In this document: one piece after another, positions 26,243-35,134 of the stretch | Position numbering within the stretch: position 1 is the first letter of the stretch | Layout: each line of letters opens with the position of its first letter | Assembly: GCA_001790445.1 (NCBI GenBank) | Contig: MGCQ01000009.1 | Coordinates: 150,500-214,499 of the forward strand | Length of the DNA: 64,000 bases | From: Candidatus Saccharibacteria bacterium RIFCSPHIGHO2_12_FULL_41_12 | Lineage (GTDB): Bacteria; Patescibacteriota; Saccharimonadia; Saccharimonadales; 2-12-FULL-41-12 | Reading direction: 5' to 3' | Notes under the pieces: model-generated | Database searches by the model: none | The model's input: the letters and a program-made list of their open reading frames with translations, nothing else | What the model was told of the DNA's origin: nothing | Position numbers and translations under genes: made by a program

Positions 26243-27028
26243 ATGAGTGGGAAAAAAACAATTATAATCGGAAATTGGAAGATGTTTAACAACATACACC
26301 AATCAAGTACTTTGCTGGCTCGTCTGCACCAAAACATTGACTCTCATAGAGATGTTGAGGTGGTGATTGCGCCAGGATTTTTAGCTCTACAACCCCTGTC
26401 GCTTGAGATAGATGGACGACGCATTAAACTCGCAGCTCAAAACGCGTATTTTAAAGACGAGGGGGCTTTTACCGGTGAAGTTTCATTTTCTCAACTGAGA
26501 AACTTAGTGGACTATGTAATTATTGGACATTCTGAGAGAAGAATATATTTTGAAGAAAGCCTCGATTTGATTCGTGACAAAGTTGCGGCGTGCGTCAGAA
26601 ACGGTATTACGCCTATTTTGTGTGTCGGCGAAACAGCAGAAGAAAGAAAATACAAAGAGACAAAAACAGTCTTACATGATCAGGTCACTACGGCGTTGGC
26701 GAATTTGACAGCAGAGGAAGTGGCAGAGATAGTGATTGCTTATGAGCCAGTTTGGGCGATCACAACTTTTGGTGGGGAAATTGCCAAACCAAGCGTAGTT
26801 AAAGAAGAATTACAGTTTATCCGCAAGCAAGTTGGTGATCTATACGGCGGATCTACAGCCAAAAAAATACGAATAATTTATGGCGGGAGTGTGGACGACA
26901 ACACAATAGGCGGATATTTAGATATTGAGGGTTGTGATGGCGCCATTCCTGGTTCTGCAAGTTTGAACTACCATAAATTTAGCAAAATTGTACAGCTAGC
27001 TAACAAAAAAACTATAAAAAGGAAATAA
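26243..27028 (+). CDS. tpiA: Triosephosphate isomerase
   Basis: Motifs: IIIGNWKMF, IIGHSERR, AYEPVWAI, GGSV. I prefer ATG 26243 (MSGKKTIIIGNWKM) over the track's 26210. Confidence 0.9.
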   Translation: MSGKKTIIIGNWKMFNNIHQSSTLLARLHQNIDSHRDVEVVIAPGFLALQPLSLEIDGRRIKLAAQNAYFKDEGAFTGEVSFSQLRNLVDYVIIGHSERRIYFEESLDLIRDKVAACVRNGITPILCVGETAEERKYKETKTVLHDQVTTALANLTAEEVAEIVIAYEPVWAITTFGGEIAKPSVVKEELQFIRKQVGDLYGGSTAKKIRIIYGGSVDDNTIGGYLDIEGCDGAIPGSASLNYHKFSKIVQLANKKTIKRK

Positions 27029-27029
27029 T

Positions 27030-27536
27030 ATGCCAGAAGAATCCAATAAATCTATGGAAGACGTAAAAGACGCTAACACTGTTGCCCAGCCAGCTACTTC
27101 ACGTCCTGTGGTGGTTGGCAACAGCAACGAGGTGACTGACGATACAGTAGTCCCAGAAAAGTCAAAAAAGATCATTGAGCCACTAACCCCAGAAGAAAAA
27201 CATTCGGTAAATTCTGAAAAAAAGGAAGACCAAGAAGTTAAACCAGAAGAAAAAGCAGATGAAAAACAGCCCCCACAAGAAGAGTCACTCGATGGTTCTG
27301 CAGAAGTAGATACATTGGCTGGAGAAGTTAATACCAAGAGACAAGCAGAAATAGCTGCCAAAGAGAATGAAGAAAAATTAGCAGCAATTGAAAAAAAGAT
27401 AGAATCAAAAGAATACTATCTGCCTATAAAGGACTCAGCTCACAGTAATAAATTTGGCACAGCGCTGGTTATACTTTTAATCTTGGTAATTGCCATTGCT
27501 GGTGCTGGATACTACTACATGACACTGCAAAAGTAG
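27030..27536 (+). CDS. Acidic, Glu/Lys-rich tail-anchored membrane protein, unknown function
   Basis: 168 aa. Low-complexity E/K/P-rich region with a single C-terminal TM (ALVILLILVIAIAGAGYYY). It starts 1 nt after the tpiA stop. Confidence 0.4.
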   Translation: MPEESNKSMEDVKDANTVAQPATSRPVVVGNSNEVTDDTVVPEKSKKIIEPLTPEEKHSVNSEKKEDQEVKPEEKADEKQPPQEESLDGSAEVDTLAGEVNTKRQAEIAAKENEEKLAAIEKKIESKEYYLPIKDSAHSNKFGTALVILLILVIAIAGAGYYYMTLQK

Positions 27537-27538
27537 TC

Positions 27539-27544
27539 TATAAT
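27539..27544 (+). promoter_or_regulatory. -10 box TATAAT, 6 nt before pcrA ATG 27551
   Basis: gtcTATAATacatagATG. Confidence 0.5.
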
Positions 27545-27550
27545 ACATAG

Positions 27551-29665
27551 ATGATAGAGTCTCTTGTTCGTGGTCTTAATAAGGCCCAAGAATCTGCGGT
27601 GATTTGTACAGATGGTCCGATGCTTATCCTGGCCGGCGCAGGTAGTGGTAAAACCAAAACTCTAACGCACAAAATCGCCTATCTTTTGCAAATTAATAAA
27701 GTCCCGCCATCCCAAATTCTGGCGGTGACGTTTACAAACAAAGCGGCTAGAGAAATGGCTGACCGACTCGGAACGCTAATCGGTGGCAGAATAATTTTGC
27801 CATATCTTGGGACATTCCATAGCGTTTGCGTGCGGCTTCTCAGGAAATACGGTCAACAGATTGATATCCCCAGCAATTTTGTTATTTACGATGAAGCAGA
27901 CAAAAGAAACTTGGTCAAAAAAATTCTGAAGAGCCTCCACATAGATGAAAAAAAATATCCGCCTCCGCAAATTTCTGCAATTATTTCGAACGCCAAAAAT
28001 GATTTGATGGACCCTGATCATTACATAGAAATTTCCAGTGGACCAATTGCCGAGGTGGTCTACAGTGTATATACGCAATACCAAAGAGAACTCGCCGCCT
28101 CTAAAGCGTTAGATTTTGATGACATTATTATGAAAATGGTTGAGTTGCTCAAAGCTAGCAAACAGACCAGGCAATATTTGCATCAGCAAATTAATTATAT
28201 TTTTATCGACGAATATCAGGATACTAACCTTGCTCAGTACACATTGATCAAACTACTTATAAACAAATCCAAAAATATTACAGTGGTGGGGGATGATTGG
28301 CAGTCGATATATAGTTGGCGTGGGGCGGATTTTCGGAATATTTTGAAATTTGAAAAAGATTTCCCCGGTACAAAAGTTATAAAGTTGGAGCAAAATTATA
28401 GAAGTACTAAGAATATTCTTGATTCAGCCCATTCTGTTATTACCAAGAACACCAACCGGTCAGAAAAAAAATTGTTTACCGACCAAGGACATGGATCTCC
28501 TGTTGAAATAATTCAGACTCACAACGAAAGAGACGAAGGTCGTCGGGTGGCACAAATTATTCAACAAGAGCTTGCCATGGGCACGTCGTACGATGACATC
28601 GCTGTACTTTATCGGACGAATGCGCAGAGCCGATCTATAGAAGAATCGATGATCCACTACAATGTAGCCTATAAAATTGTCGGTGGTGTAAAGTTTTATG
28701 ATCGTAAGGAGATAAAAGATATATTGGCTTATTTGCGCCTAATCATGCAACCCGATGACCAGGCTAGTTTTGAGCGTATCTATAACGTGCCAAGCCGTAA
28801 AATTGGTGATAAATCATTGGCGACTTTTTATAATTTTAAGATATCGCGGGGACACAGTTTGAGCCAGACTTTGGACGAAATAGCTGGTTGTGAAGATTTA
28901 ACCCCTAGCACCCGCGTTGGCTGGGATAGTCTGGGGAATATAATTCGCAGTTTTAGAGACAAGCAAGAAGATTTGACAGTTGAGGAAATTATTCAGCAAC
29001 TTATCAAGATACTTGATTATTATGAATATCTGGATGATGGCACTGTACAGGGGGAATCTCGTCAGGAAAACGTCAAAGAGCTTCTAAGCGTTGCTAGTCA
29101 ATTTGTGGGACTCGGGCTGAGTGAATTCTTGGAACAAACGGCTTTAATAAGCGACCTAGATGAAAAAGACAAAGTCAACGGAGTTGTTACCCTAACAACT
29201 ACCCATGCGGCCAAGGGTTTAGAATTCCCTGTGGTGATTATGGCTGGCATGGAAGAAGGTATTTTCCCTCATTCTCGCTCGTTATTTGACGGGAGTGAAC
29301 TAGAAGAAGAAAGGCGTCTTTGTTATGTCGGCATGACTCGGGCCAAATCGAAGTTATATCTTACTTATGCACAGTCAAGAATGATTTTTGGTAAGCAAGA
29401 GTATAATATTCCGTCTCGCTTTCTCGGTGATATTGATGAAAATTTTGCAAAAAATACCGACAACGTTTCTGACTTATCTCCCAAACCAGTTACTTCAAGT
29501 GACCCTGTATACATACCTGAGCTTGAACCCGGCGATAATGTCTCTCACGGACTTTTTGGCAATGGCGCAGTACTTGAAGTAGATGGCTCATTTGCACTTG
29601 TCTATTTCAAAGGCAAAGGAAACAAGAAAATTAACTTAGAATTCGCCCCAATAAAGAAACTCTAA
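27551..29665 (+). CDS. pcrA: ATP-dependent DNA helicase, UvrD/PcrA family
   Basis: 704 aa. Motifs: AGAGSGKTKTLTHK (motif I), FIDEYQDTN (II), VGDDWQSIYSWRGA (III), TTHAAKGLEFPVV (VI region). Confidence 0.9.
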   Translation: MIESLVRGLNKAQESAVICTDGPMLILAGAGSGKTKTLTHKIAYLLQINKVPPSQILAVTFTNKAAREMADRLGTLIGGRIILPYLGTFHSVCVRLLRKYGQQIDIPSNFVIYDEADKRNLVKKILKSLHIDEKKYPPPQISAIISNAKNDLMDPDHYIEISSGPIAEVVYSVYTQYQRELAASKALDFDDIIMKMVELLKASKQTRQYLHQQINYIFIDEYQDTNLAQYTLIKLLINKSKNITVVGDDWQSIYSWRGADFRNILKFEKDFPGTKVIKLEQNYRSTKNILDSAHSVITKNTNRSEKKLFTDQGHGSPVEIIQTHNERDEGRRVAQIIQQELAMGTSYDDIAVLYRTNAQSRSIEESMIHYNVAYKIVGGVKFYDRKEIKDILAYLRLIMQPDDQASFERIYNVPSRKIGDKSLATFYNFKISRGHSLSQTLDEIAGCEDLTPSTRVGWDSLGNIIRSFRDKQEDLTVEEIIQQLIKILDYYEYLDDGTVQGESRQENVKELLSVASQFVGLGLSEFLEQTALISDLDEKDKVNGVVTLTTTHAAKGLEFPVVIMAGMEEGIFPHSRSLFDGSELEEERRLCYVGMTRAKSKLYLTYAQSRMIFGKQEYNIPSRFLGDIDENFAKNTDNVSDLSPKPVTSSDPVYIPELEPGDNVSHGLFGNGAVLEVDGSFALVYFKGKGNKKINLEFAPIKKL

Positions 29666-29667
29666 GT

Positions 29668-30007
29668 TTGTGTGGGGCAAACCCAAACGAACACTACAAA
29701 ACAGTAGCGCCAACGAGCCGAGAAGATATCTTCTCGGTCTGCACTACGCTTATACTCTGTTTTGTAGCATTCATTCGACTTTGCCAGACAACACTAAAGT
29801 TCTATGCGGACGTAAAGCCTTCAGGTTTGGCTCACGAAAAAACAGATGAAATAACCTACGAAACAAAGGATTGTTTTGAGGACCAGGCTTTAGCCCGACC
29901 AGAGGGAGTCCCGGAAAAACATCTTTTGGTTTGGAGGTTATTTCAATCACGTTTTTTTGTAAGCCGAGTTTCTTTGCTTACTTTCTTAGTCGGTACAAGA
30001 AAGTAAG
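29668..30007 (+). repeat. Intergenic structured repeat element, half copy C
   Basis: Shares with 63300-63632 the box GCACTnCGCTTATACTCT (29741-29758), GGCTCACnAAAAAA, the core GAGGACCAGGCTTTAGCCCGACCAGAGGGAGTCCC (29878-29912), TTATTTCAATCACGTTT, and an identical terminal hairpin TTACTTTCTTAGTCGGTACAAGAAAGTAAG (29978-30007). The 112-aa ORF listed here is a shadow. Confidence 0.8.
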
Positions 30008-30155
30008 ATATAAACGTATTGGAGATAGTTGGAGCAAAGCCACACACAATAAACGACGTAAATTGTGGTAAAATAGAGTTTACATTGTTGGTTCAATTAC
30101 AAAAACAAAGATATATTCGGTTAAACTGCGAGAGAGGGACCAACAGTAGTAGATA

Positions 30156-31325
30156 ATGAAGAACAGTAATAACAAGAACAAGAGTGGTAGTGCATTGAGT
30201 CACAGATTGGTTATCCCAGCAGTGACGCTTCTTTTTTTGGTGATTTTTTCTTTTGCGGCGTTTATATTTTTTGGAGGGTCTCTATCTGGCGCGGATGACG
30301 TTCATGCGGTCAAGATAACCGTAGATGGCAAGACTAAACTTGTGCCAACTAGGGCCAAAAGTGTTGGCGAATTGCTGGACAGCATGAATATCTCACTGAG
30401 GCCGAAAGATGTGGTTGAGCCTGCAAAAGACACCCCGATCTCTAGTGACAAGCTTAGCGTGAATGTCTATTATGCCAGACCGGTAACGATTTTTGACAAT
30501 AATAACAAACCAATAGTGGCGCAGCTGGCTGAGCGGCGACCGGAAGAAATAGCCAAAAGGGCGGGATTGACAGTTTACCCAGAAGATAGGATTAACGCTG
30601 TTTCTACTAATGATCCTCTGGGCAGTGGGGTGGTTGGTGACAAAATAGTCATTGACAGAGCTCTGCCAATAAAACTAAGCCTGTACGGAGTAATTTATGA
30701 TATTCGCACACAAGCTGTGACGGTCGCGGACCTCGCGCATGAGCGAAAAATTAACTATGATCAAAGTTCCATTCTTCCTAGACCAGAAACCAAGCTAAAG
30801 GCTAATGACGTGGTGTTTATTACTGAGCCAGGCAAGCAAATTGCCACCATGGATGAGGTAATAGCTCAGAACACCGAATATGTTGACAGCACAGATTTGC
30901 CAATCGGCGCAACAAAAGTCCGTGAGGAAGGAAGTCCAGGCAAAAAAGTCGTAGTTTATGAAATAGCTAAAGACGGATCTAAAAAACCTCTACAAGAAAT
31001 TATAGTTTTGCAGCCTGTTAGGAAATTAGTTGCCCGTGGGGCAAAAGCTAAAGAAGATGCCAAATTTGACGGGGATTTTGCATCAGCACTAGCCCGCCTT
31101 AGAAGCTGTGAAGGTGGGTACACTAGCATTAATCGTGCAGGCGGTTACTACGGAGCCTACCAATTTGACATAGGCACTTGGAATAACTACGGTGGTTATT
31201 TAAACGCAGCCCAAGCTCCACCAGCCGTACAAGATCAAAAGGCCTGGGAGACATATCAAAGACGCGGATGGCAGCCGTGGCCTACCTGCAAAAACAAGGT
31301 AGGACTTCAGGATATTTACAGATAA
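30156..31325 (+). CDS. RpfB-like cell-wall hydrolase (DUF348 repeats + G5 + Rpf/transglycosylase-like domain)
   Basis: 389 aa. N-terminal TM. Repeated DUF348-like units (VKITVDGKTKLV..., VTIFDNNNKPIV..., IKLSLYGVIYDI...). G5-like EEGSPGKKVVVYE. The C-terminal LARLRSCEGGYTSINRAGGYYGAYQFDIGTWNNYGG...WQPWPTC matches the Rpf catalytic domain pattern. Confidence 0.75.
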   Translation: MKNSNNKNKSGSALSHRLVIPAVTLLFLVIFSFAAFIFFGGSLSGADDVHAVKITVDGKTKLVPTRAKSVGELLDSMNISLRPKDVVEPAKDTPISSDKLSVNVYYARPVTIFDNNNKPIVAQLAERRPEEIAKRAGLTVYPEDRINAVSTNDPLGSGVVGDKIVIDRALPIKLSLYGVIYDIRTQAVTVADLAHERKINYDQSSILPRPETKLKANDVVFITEPGKQIATMDEVIAQNTEYVDSTDLPIGATKVREEGSPGKKVVVYEIAKDGSKKPLQEIIVLQPVRKLVARGAKAKEDAKFDGDFASALARLRSCEGGYTSINRAGGYYGAYQFDIGTWNNYGGYLNAAQAPPAVQDQKAWETYQRRGWQPWPTCKNKVGLQDIYR

Positions 31326-31326
31326 C

Positions 31327-32124
31327 ATGGACGGTGTTTTTGCAAAAAAAGCGTTGGGGCAACATTGGTTAAATGACAGCGCTAGTTTAGAATCTATCGT
31401 AGATTTTGCCAATTTAGATAAAGATGATTTTGTGCTTGAGGTCGGTCCAGGTCATGGGGTTTTGACTCGGTGTTTGGTTGATCGAGCGGCGGAAGTCCTA
31501 GCTGTAGAATTTGATGATCTTTTGGCGTCAACTTTAGAGTCGAAGGTCAAAGCCAATAATCTAAAAGTTATCAATCAAGACATTTTGAAATTTGATTTTG
31601 TCCAGTTACCAAAAGATTTTAAGATTGTTGCTAATATTCCGTATTATTTGACCTCAAAATTAATTCGTAATATTACCCAGAGCAAGAATTTGCCATCTGT
31701 TGTTGTGCTATTGATCCAAAAAGAAGTAGCCCAGAGGCTGGTTGGCAAAGACGGTGACATGTCCCTGCTTTCTTTGGCGGCCAAAATACATTTTGATGTG
31801 TCTTTGGGTACAGTTGTTGGTAGAAAATCTTTCGACCCTCCACCAAAGGTTGATTCGCAGGTCGTAAAGCTCGCCCGGCTTGATCATCAAAAATTGGCAG
31901 ATTCAGAGGTTACAAGCGTTTTTCGTTTAGCAAAGGCAGCGTTTAACAGCAAAAGAAAGACGTTGCTCAATTCGCTTCAGGGGGGGTTGAATGTAGAAAA
32001 ATCAAAGCTAGAGGAAATCTCGAATAAGTATCAAGAGATAGATCTGACGCTTCGCCCACAGAATTTACAGGTTGATGATTGGAAAATCTTGTATAATGTA
32101 TTTCTCAAGGAAGGTTTACTATGA
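31327..32124 (+). CDS. rsmA: 16S rRNA (adenine1518/1519-N6)-dimethyltransferase
   Basis: 265 aa. Motifs: FAKKALGQHWL, VLEVGPGHGVLT (SAM motif), VANIPYYLTS. Confidence 0.9.
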   Translation: MDGVFAKKALGQHWLNDSASLESIVDFANLDKDDFVLEVGPGHGVLTRCLVDRAAEVLAVEFDDLLASTLESKVKANNLKVINQDILKFDFVQLPKDFKIVANIPYYLTSKLIRNITQSKNLPSVVVLLIQKEVAQRLVGKDGDMSLLSLAAKIHFDVSLGTVVGRKSFDPPPKVDSQVVKLARLDHQKLADSEVTSVFRLAKAAFNSKRKTLLNSLQGGLNVEKSKLEEISNKYQEIDLTLRPQNLQVDDWKILYNVFLKEGLL

Positions 32125-32534
32125 ACACAGGACTAATTGATCAAGTTTTGATATTTGCCAACAATTTTAGTCGCATATCAGACCAAGTATTAAGAGAAAG
32201 ACTGGGTTTTACCTACGCCAAATTTCTTGTGCTGCAGCAAATTTATCAGGGTAATAATATTTCACATATGATATCAAAAAACCTTGGCAAAACAGAGGCC
32301 AGCGTTAGCAGACAAATTGCCATTTTGGAGAAAGAGCTACTGATAAAAAGAAAAATTAACAATTCTGACGACAGGCAAAAAATTATTTATTTAACAAAAA
32401 AGGGCACTCTAGTGCTAAAAAATTGTCACAAAGCTATAAACGCTTATTTTGACTCAAAAACTTCAGATATCAATTGCAAAGACAAAACAGTTAATGAATT
32501 AATATCTATCAACAAAGAAATTGCTAATCTATGA
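32121..32534 (+). CDS. MarR-family transcriptional regulator
   Basis: 137 aa. Winged-helix pattern: FLVLQQIYQGNNISHMISKNLGKTEASVSRQIAILEKELLIKRK...DDRQKIIYLTKKG. It overlaps rsmA by 4 nt. Confidence 0.7.
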   Translation: MNTGLIDQVLIFANNFSRISDQVLRERLGFTYAKFLVLQQIYQGNNISHMISKNLGKTEASVSRQIAILEKELLIKRKINNSDDRQKIIYLTKKGTLVLKNCHKAINAYFDSKTSDINCKDKTVNELISINKEIANL

Positions 32535-32780
32535 TTTGATGCGGAGCATTAGCCGTAAATTGGACAAATAATGCTTAGGATTGACTCTGGGGTGCGCCAA
32601 AAGATAGGCGACGTGTTTTTCTACAAAAGGGATCTGGTGGTCAGGATATGCGTTGACATTACCGCTGTAACTGGGTTCTGTTTTTAGCGTTTTATCTTTT
32701 TCCATAACACGAAGGGCGTCGTAAAATCCTGCATCTTCCATGTTTCTTAGTGCAGTTGCTTTAGTATTTTTTTGTAACAT
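32529..32780 (-). CDS. Hypothetical protein
   Basis: 83-aa ORF. No motif recognised. Confidence 0.35.
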   Translation of the reverse strand: MLQKNTKATALRNMEDAGFYDALRVMEKDKTLKTEPSYSGNVNAYPDHQIPFVEKHVAYLLAHPRVNPKHYLSNLRLMLRIKS

Positions 32781-32929
32781 AAATAGGTTACTCTACGTCT
32801 TGATTTTCTTGGGTTTTTTTACTTCTTTTCGGCCTTTATCTTTTGACATGAATATTAGTCCTCTCCAATTTATATCTGAGAAATTCTCAGTTCTTACATC
32901 TATAGTATAGCCCAAAATGGCCTGAAAAC

Positions 32930-33103
32930 CTAATTGCCCAGTTCTTTGCCCAGCTTGTACCCCAGATACAAACCACCAAACCCGCCGACAGTGCTGAGCA
33001 GTAAACTCCATGGCCCAAATCCATTACCATGGTCCAACGTTGTGCCAATCCAGCCACCAAGACCACCGCCAATAGTCAACCCAAGATATATATAAAATTT
33101 CAC
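32930..33103 (-). CDS. Small glycine-zipper membrane protein (57 aa, below the ORF-track cutoff)
   Basis: My translation from GTG 33103 is VKFYIYLGLTIGGGLGGWIGTTLDHGNGFGPWSLLLSTVGGFGGLYLGYKLGKELGN*. This gives two GxxxG-rich helices. The start lies 3 nt after the upstream gene's stop. The two listed ORFs (32793-33011, 32887-33072) are other frames of the same DNA and look non-coding. Confidence 0.5.
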   Translation of the reverse strand: MKFYIYLGLTIGGGLGGWIGTTLDHGNGFGPWSLLLSTVGGFGGLYLGYKLGKELGN

Positions 33104-33106
33104 AGC

Positions 33107-33685
33107 CTACGCACCACCTTTCCGACCCCTTAGTGATAATCCAAACATACTTCCGTCAAAAATTGTGTAATATATTGGAAAGATCAAAAGGCTTATTGGG
33201 CTACCCCAGCTGATAATTATAGAAAGTAGACTTGCTATGAAAAACAGTATCCAGAACCAAGGACTTTCATCTGTTGGTTTTCGAAGCACTCTAACATAGG
33301 TCGGTATTCCGCCAATAAAATGAGCCACTAAGCTTATACTCAGATTAATCAGTGGTGAATCAAAAAGCACCCAGACTAGACCGCTTATAATCAACAAAGC
33401 AATTGATACATATTCTACTAGTCCAAATCTTTTGTCTCCTTTGAATAAGGACACTCCACAAAAGGCTACGTTGCCTGCAAGCATTGCTGAAGCAAGTACG
33501 ATTGAGCTTGTTGTGCTGTGACTTAAAACTACTCCAAAGAGGCTATTGATTGCTAAGAATATCCAGATAACACGTGTAAAAACACTAGGTTTGTATGTGC
33601 CACCAAGCATTTGTTTGATGCCGACAGCGTATGACAACAGCGCAAAGAAAACAATTAGACCAAATATAATTTTATCCACTACCAC
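33107..33685 (-). CDS. Polytopic membrane protein (about 6 TM), unknown function
   Basis: 192-aa ORF, hydrophobic throughout. Confidence 0.5.
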   Translation of the reverse strand: MVVDKIIFGLIVFFALLSYAVGIKQMLGGTYKPSVFTRVIWIFLAINSLFGVVLSHSTTSSIVLASAMLAGNVAFCGVSLFKGDKRFGLVEYVSIALLIISGLVWVLFDSPLINLSISLVAHFIGGIPTYVRVLRKPTDESPWFWILFFIASLLSIIISWGSPISLLIFPIYYTIFDGSMFGLSLRGRKGGA

Positions 33686-33727
33686 AGTTTAGCATTCTGC
33701 AGATATATGTTTTGATATTTGAGCCAT

Positions 33728-34555
33728 CTAATTTGCGGGGGGTAAAGACGGTTTTTCTTTTCCCTCTGTACCAACAGCTATCCCTTTTGTTACTGGCTCC
33801 TCGCCGATCATTTTGATAGGTTGTAGGCCCAAAATTTTTTCAGCAATATCGTCTAAGTTTGCAATAACTTGTTTGTTAACATGCTCGAGTTCTCGTGTAA
33901 CCATGCTCTGTTCTGTTGTTGCATGCCAGGAGGGTACTTGCTCTAGGATAATATTTGCCAAACCATTTGTCCCATTTATTGAGCCTATTAACTCAGCGTT
34001 TAATTTTTCTAACTGATCTAGGAAGTCACCCTCATCCTCATCATAATCGTGAAAAAGCGTTTGTAAATTGCGTATTTCGGGGGAATGATGAAAATTTGTT
34101 TCAACAAACACCTTTTTGTTAATACCAGAATTTGTATATACAGCCTTTTTTATCAATGCTGGCCCTAAGTCAGAATCTGAACTTAGTTGCTCTAAAAATG
34201 CGTCAGGAGCAGTAATGGTTCTTAGTAGCATAAATCTTGGGCAAATATTGTAGTGTCTGGCGAGTTCAATCGGATCAGAGCCGTACATAGATTGCATATC
34301 TGGCGTTATTTCACGTTGAGCTTTACCCGAACTTGTGCCCCTACCATCCACCCAAAATGTTGGCTTATTAAACGGATCAGGCACCACAATTCCGCATGCT
34401 GAAGCACCATAGCGGCCCAAGGCTATTTCTGTAGCTAAAAACATGCCACTTGTTATTAACTCTCTGCGTGTTTCGAGCGATATTATGTCAGCTGGTGGCA
34501 TTATTGCCAGCTCCTGTTTGGCCGTAGTCGCAGGTACAATATCGGGATGTGTCAT
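33728..34555 (-). CDS. Hypothetical cytoplasmic protein
   Basis: 275-aa ORF. No motif recognised. Confidence 0.45.
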   Translation of the reverse strand: MTHPDIVPATTAKQELAIMPPADIISLETRRELITSGMFLATEIALGRYGASACGIVVPDPFNKPTFWVDGRGTSSGKAQREITPDMQSMYGSDPIELARHYNICPRFMLLRTITAPDAFLEQLSSDSDLGPALIKKAVYTNSGINKKVFVETNFHHSPEIRNLQTLFHDYDEDEGDFLDQLEKLNAELIGSINGTNGLANIILEQVPSWHATTEQSMVTRELEHVNKQVIANLDDIAEKILGLQPIKMIGEEPVTKGIAVGTEGKEKPSLPPAN

Positions 34556-34634
34556 AAGTATAAAACTAACATATTAAGCAATAAAAATCAATCATAAGCA
34601 ATATATGATTAAATTTTATCGATTAGTATAATTT

Positions 34635-35046
34635 TGGTGGAGCTGGTGGGTATTGCACCCACGTCCATCGGTTTTACTTTGACTGGTCTTCTACATATTT
34701 AGTTTATTTACATATCTTTGAGGGTACCGGCTAAACAAACAAAACGATATCTTCGCATTTCTCATTGTCTTAGAGAATTCCGTGGAGAAAAGCACAAAAT
34801 TCTAGCAACCAGATAATATAACACGATTTTGATCTATCTGGTGTCGATCAAATCATGGTTTAAGACAAGCTTAAACTTGCGTAAGCTGGTGTGCTGATAG
34901 AAGCAACAAAATTATTAACCTTGTCGTTCATAGCATCAGCTATACGCTGAGTAAATGTTTTTGCATTTATTCAGTTTGTCTATAACGCTGACAAGCGATA
35001 TGCGAACCAATCTGTAAAAGTCCAATGTCGAGCTTAAATCAGCCCC
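34635..35046 (-). ncRNA. ssrA: tmRNA (SsrA), about 412 nt
   Basis: The minus strand begins GGGGCUGAUUUAAGCUCGACA... and ends ...GGACGUGGGUGCAAUACCCACCAGCUCCACCA. The acceptor stem is GGGGCUG/CAGCUCC with a G3:U70 pair, followed by ACCA. The T-arm-like helix is GUGGG-UGCAAUA-CCCAC. An extended -10 gTGcTATAAT (35056-35061) lies 9 nt upstream of the 5' G. Confidence 0.85.
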
Positions 35047-35134
35047 AATGCCTAAATTATAGCACAAATTGCAATAAAACACCAGTATTTTGGCAGATGT
35101 TATTAAGAGAGCATGTTATAATAGTATTCAATAA

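Noticed and set aside
29668-30006. 112-aa ORF, and the 77-aa ORF at 51220-51453.
   Set aside because: Both lie wholly inside copies of the intergenic repeat family. The homologous copies do not preserve the frames, and the sequence is dominated by hairpins.
30008-30155. c-di-AMP (ydaO-type) riboswitch upstream of the Rpf-like gene, as seen in Actinobacteria.
   Set aside because: I could not find the conserved pseudo-two-fold ydaO sequence blocks. There is only a simple hairpin (TGTTGGTTC...GGGACCAACAG). A covariance-model scan is needed to be sure.
35047-35134. yybP-ykoY (Mn2+) riboswitch upstream of the TerC-family gene.
   Set aside because: The 88-nt gap is AT-rich and largely taken up by the divergent tmRNA promoter. 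No conserved riboswitch helices are visible.
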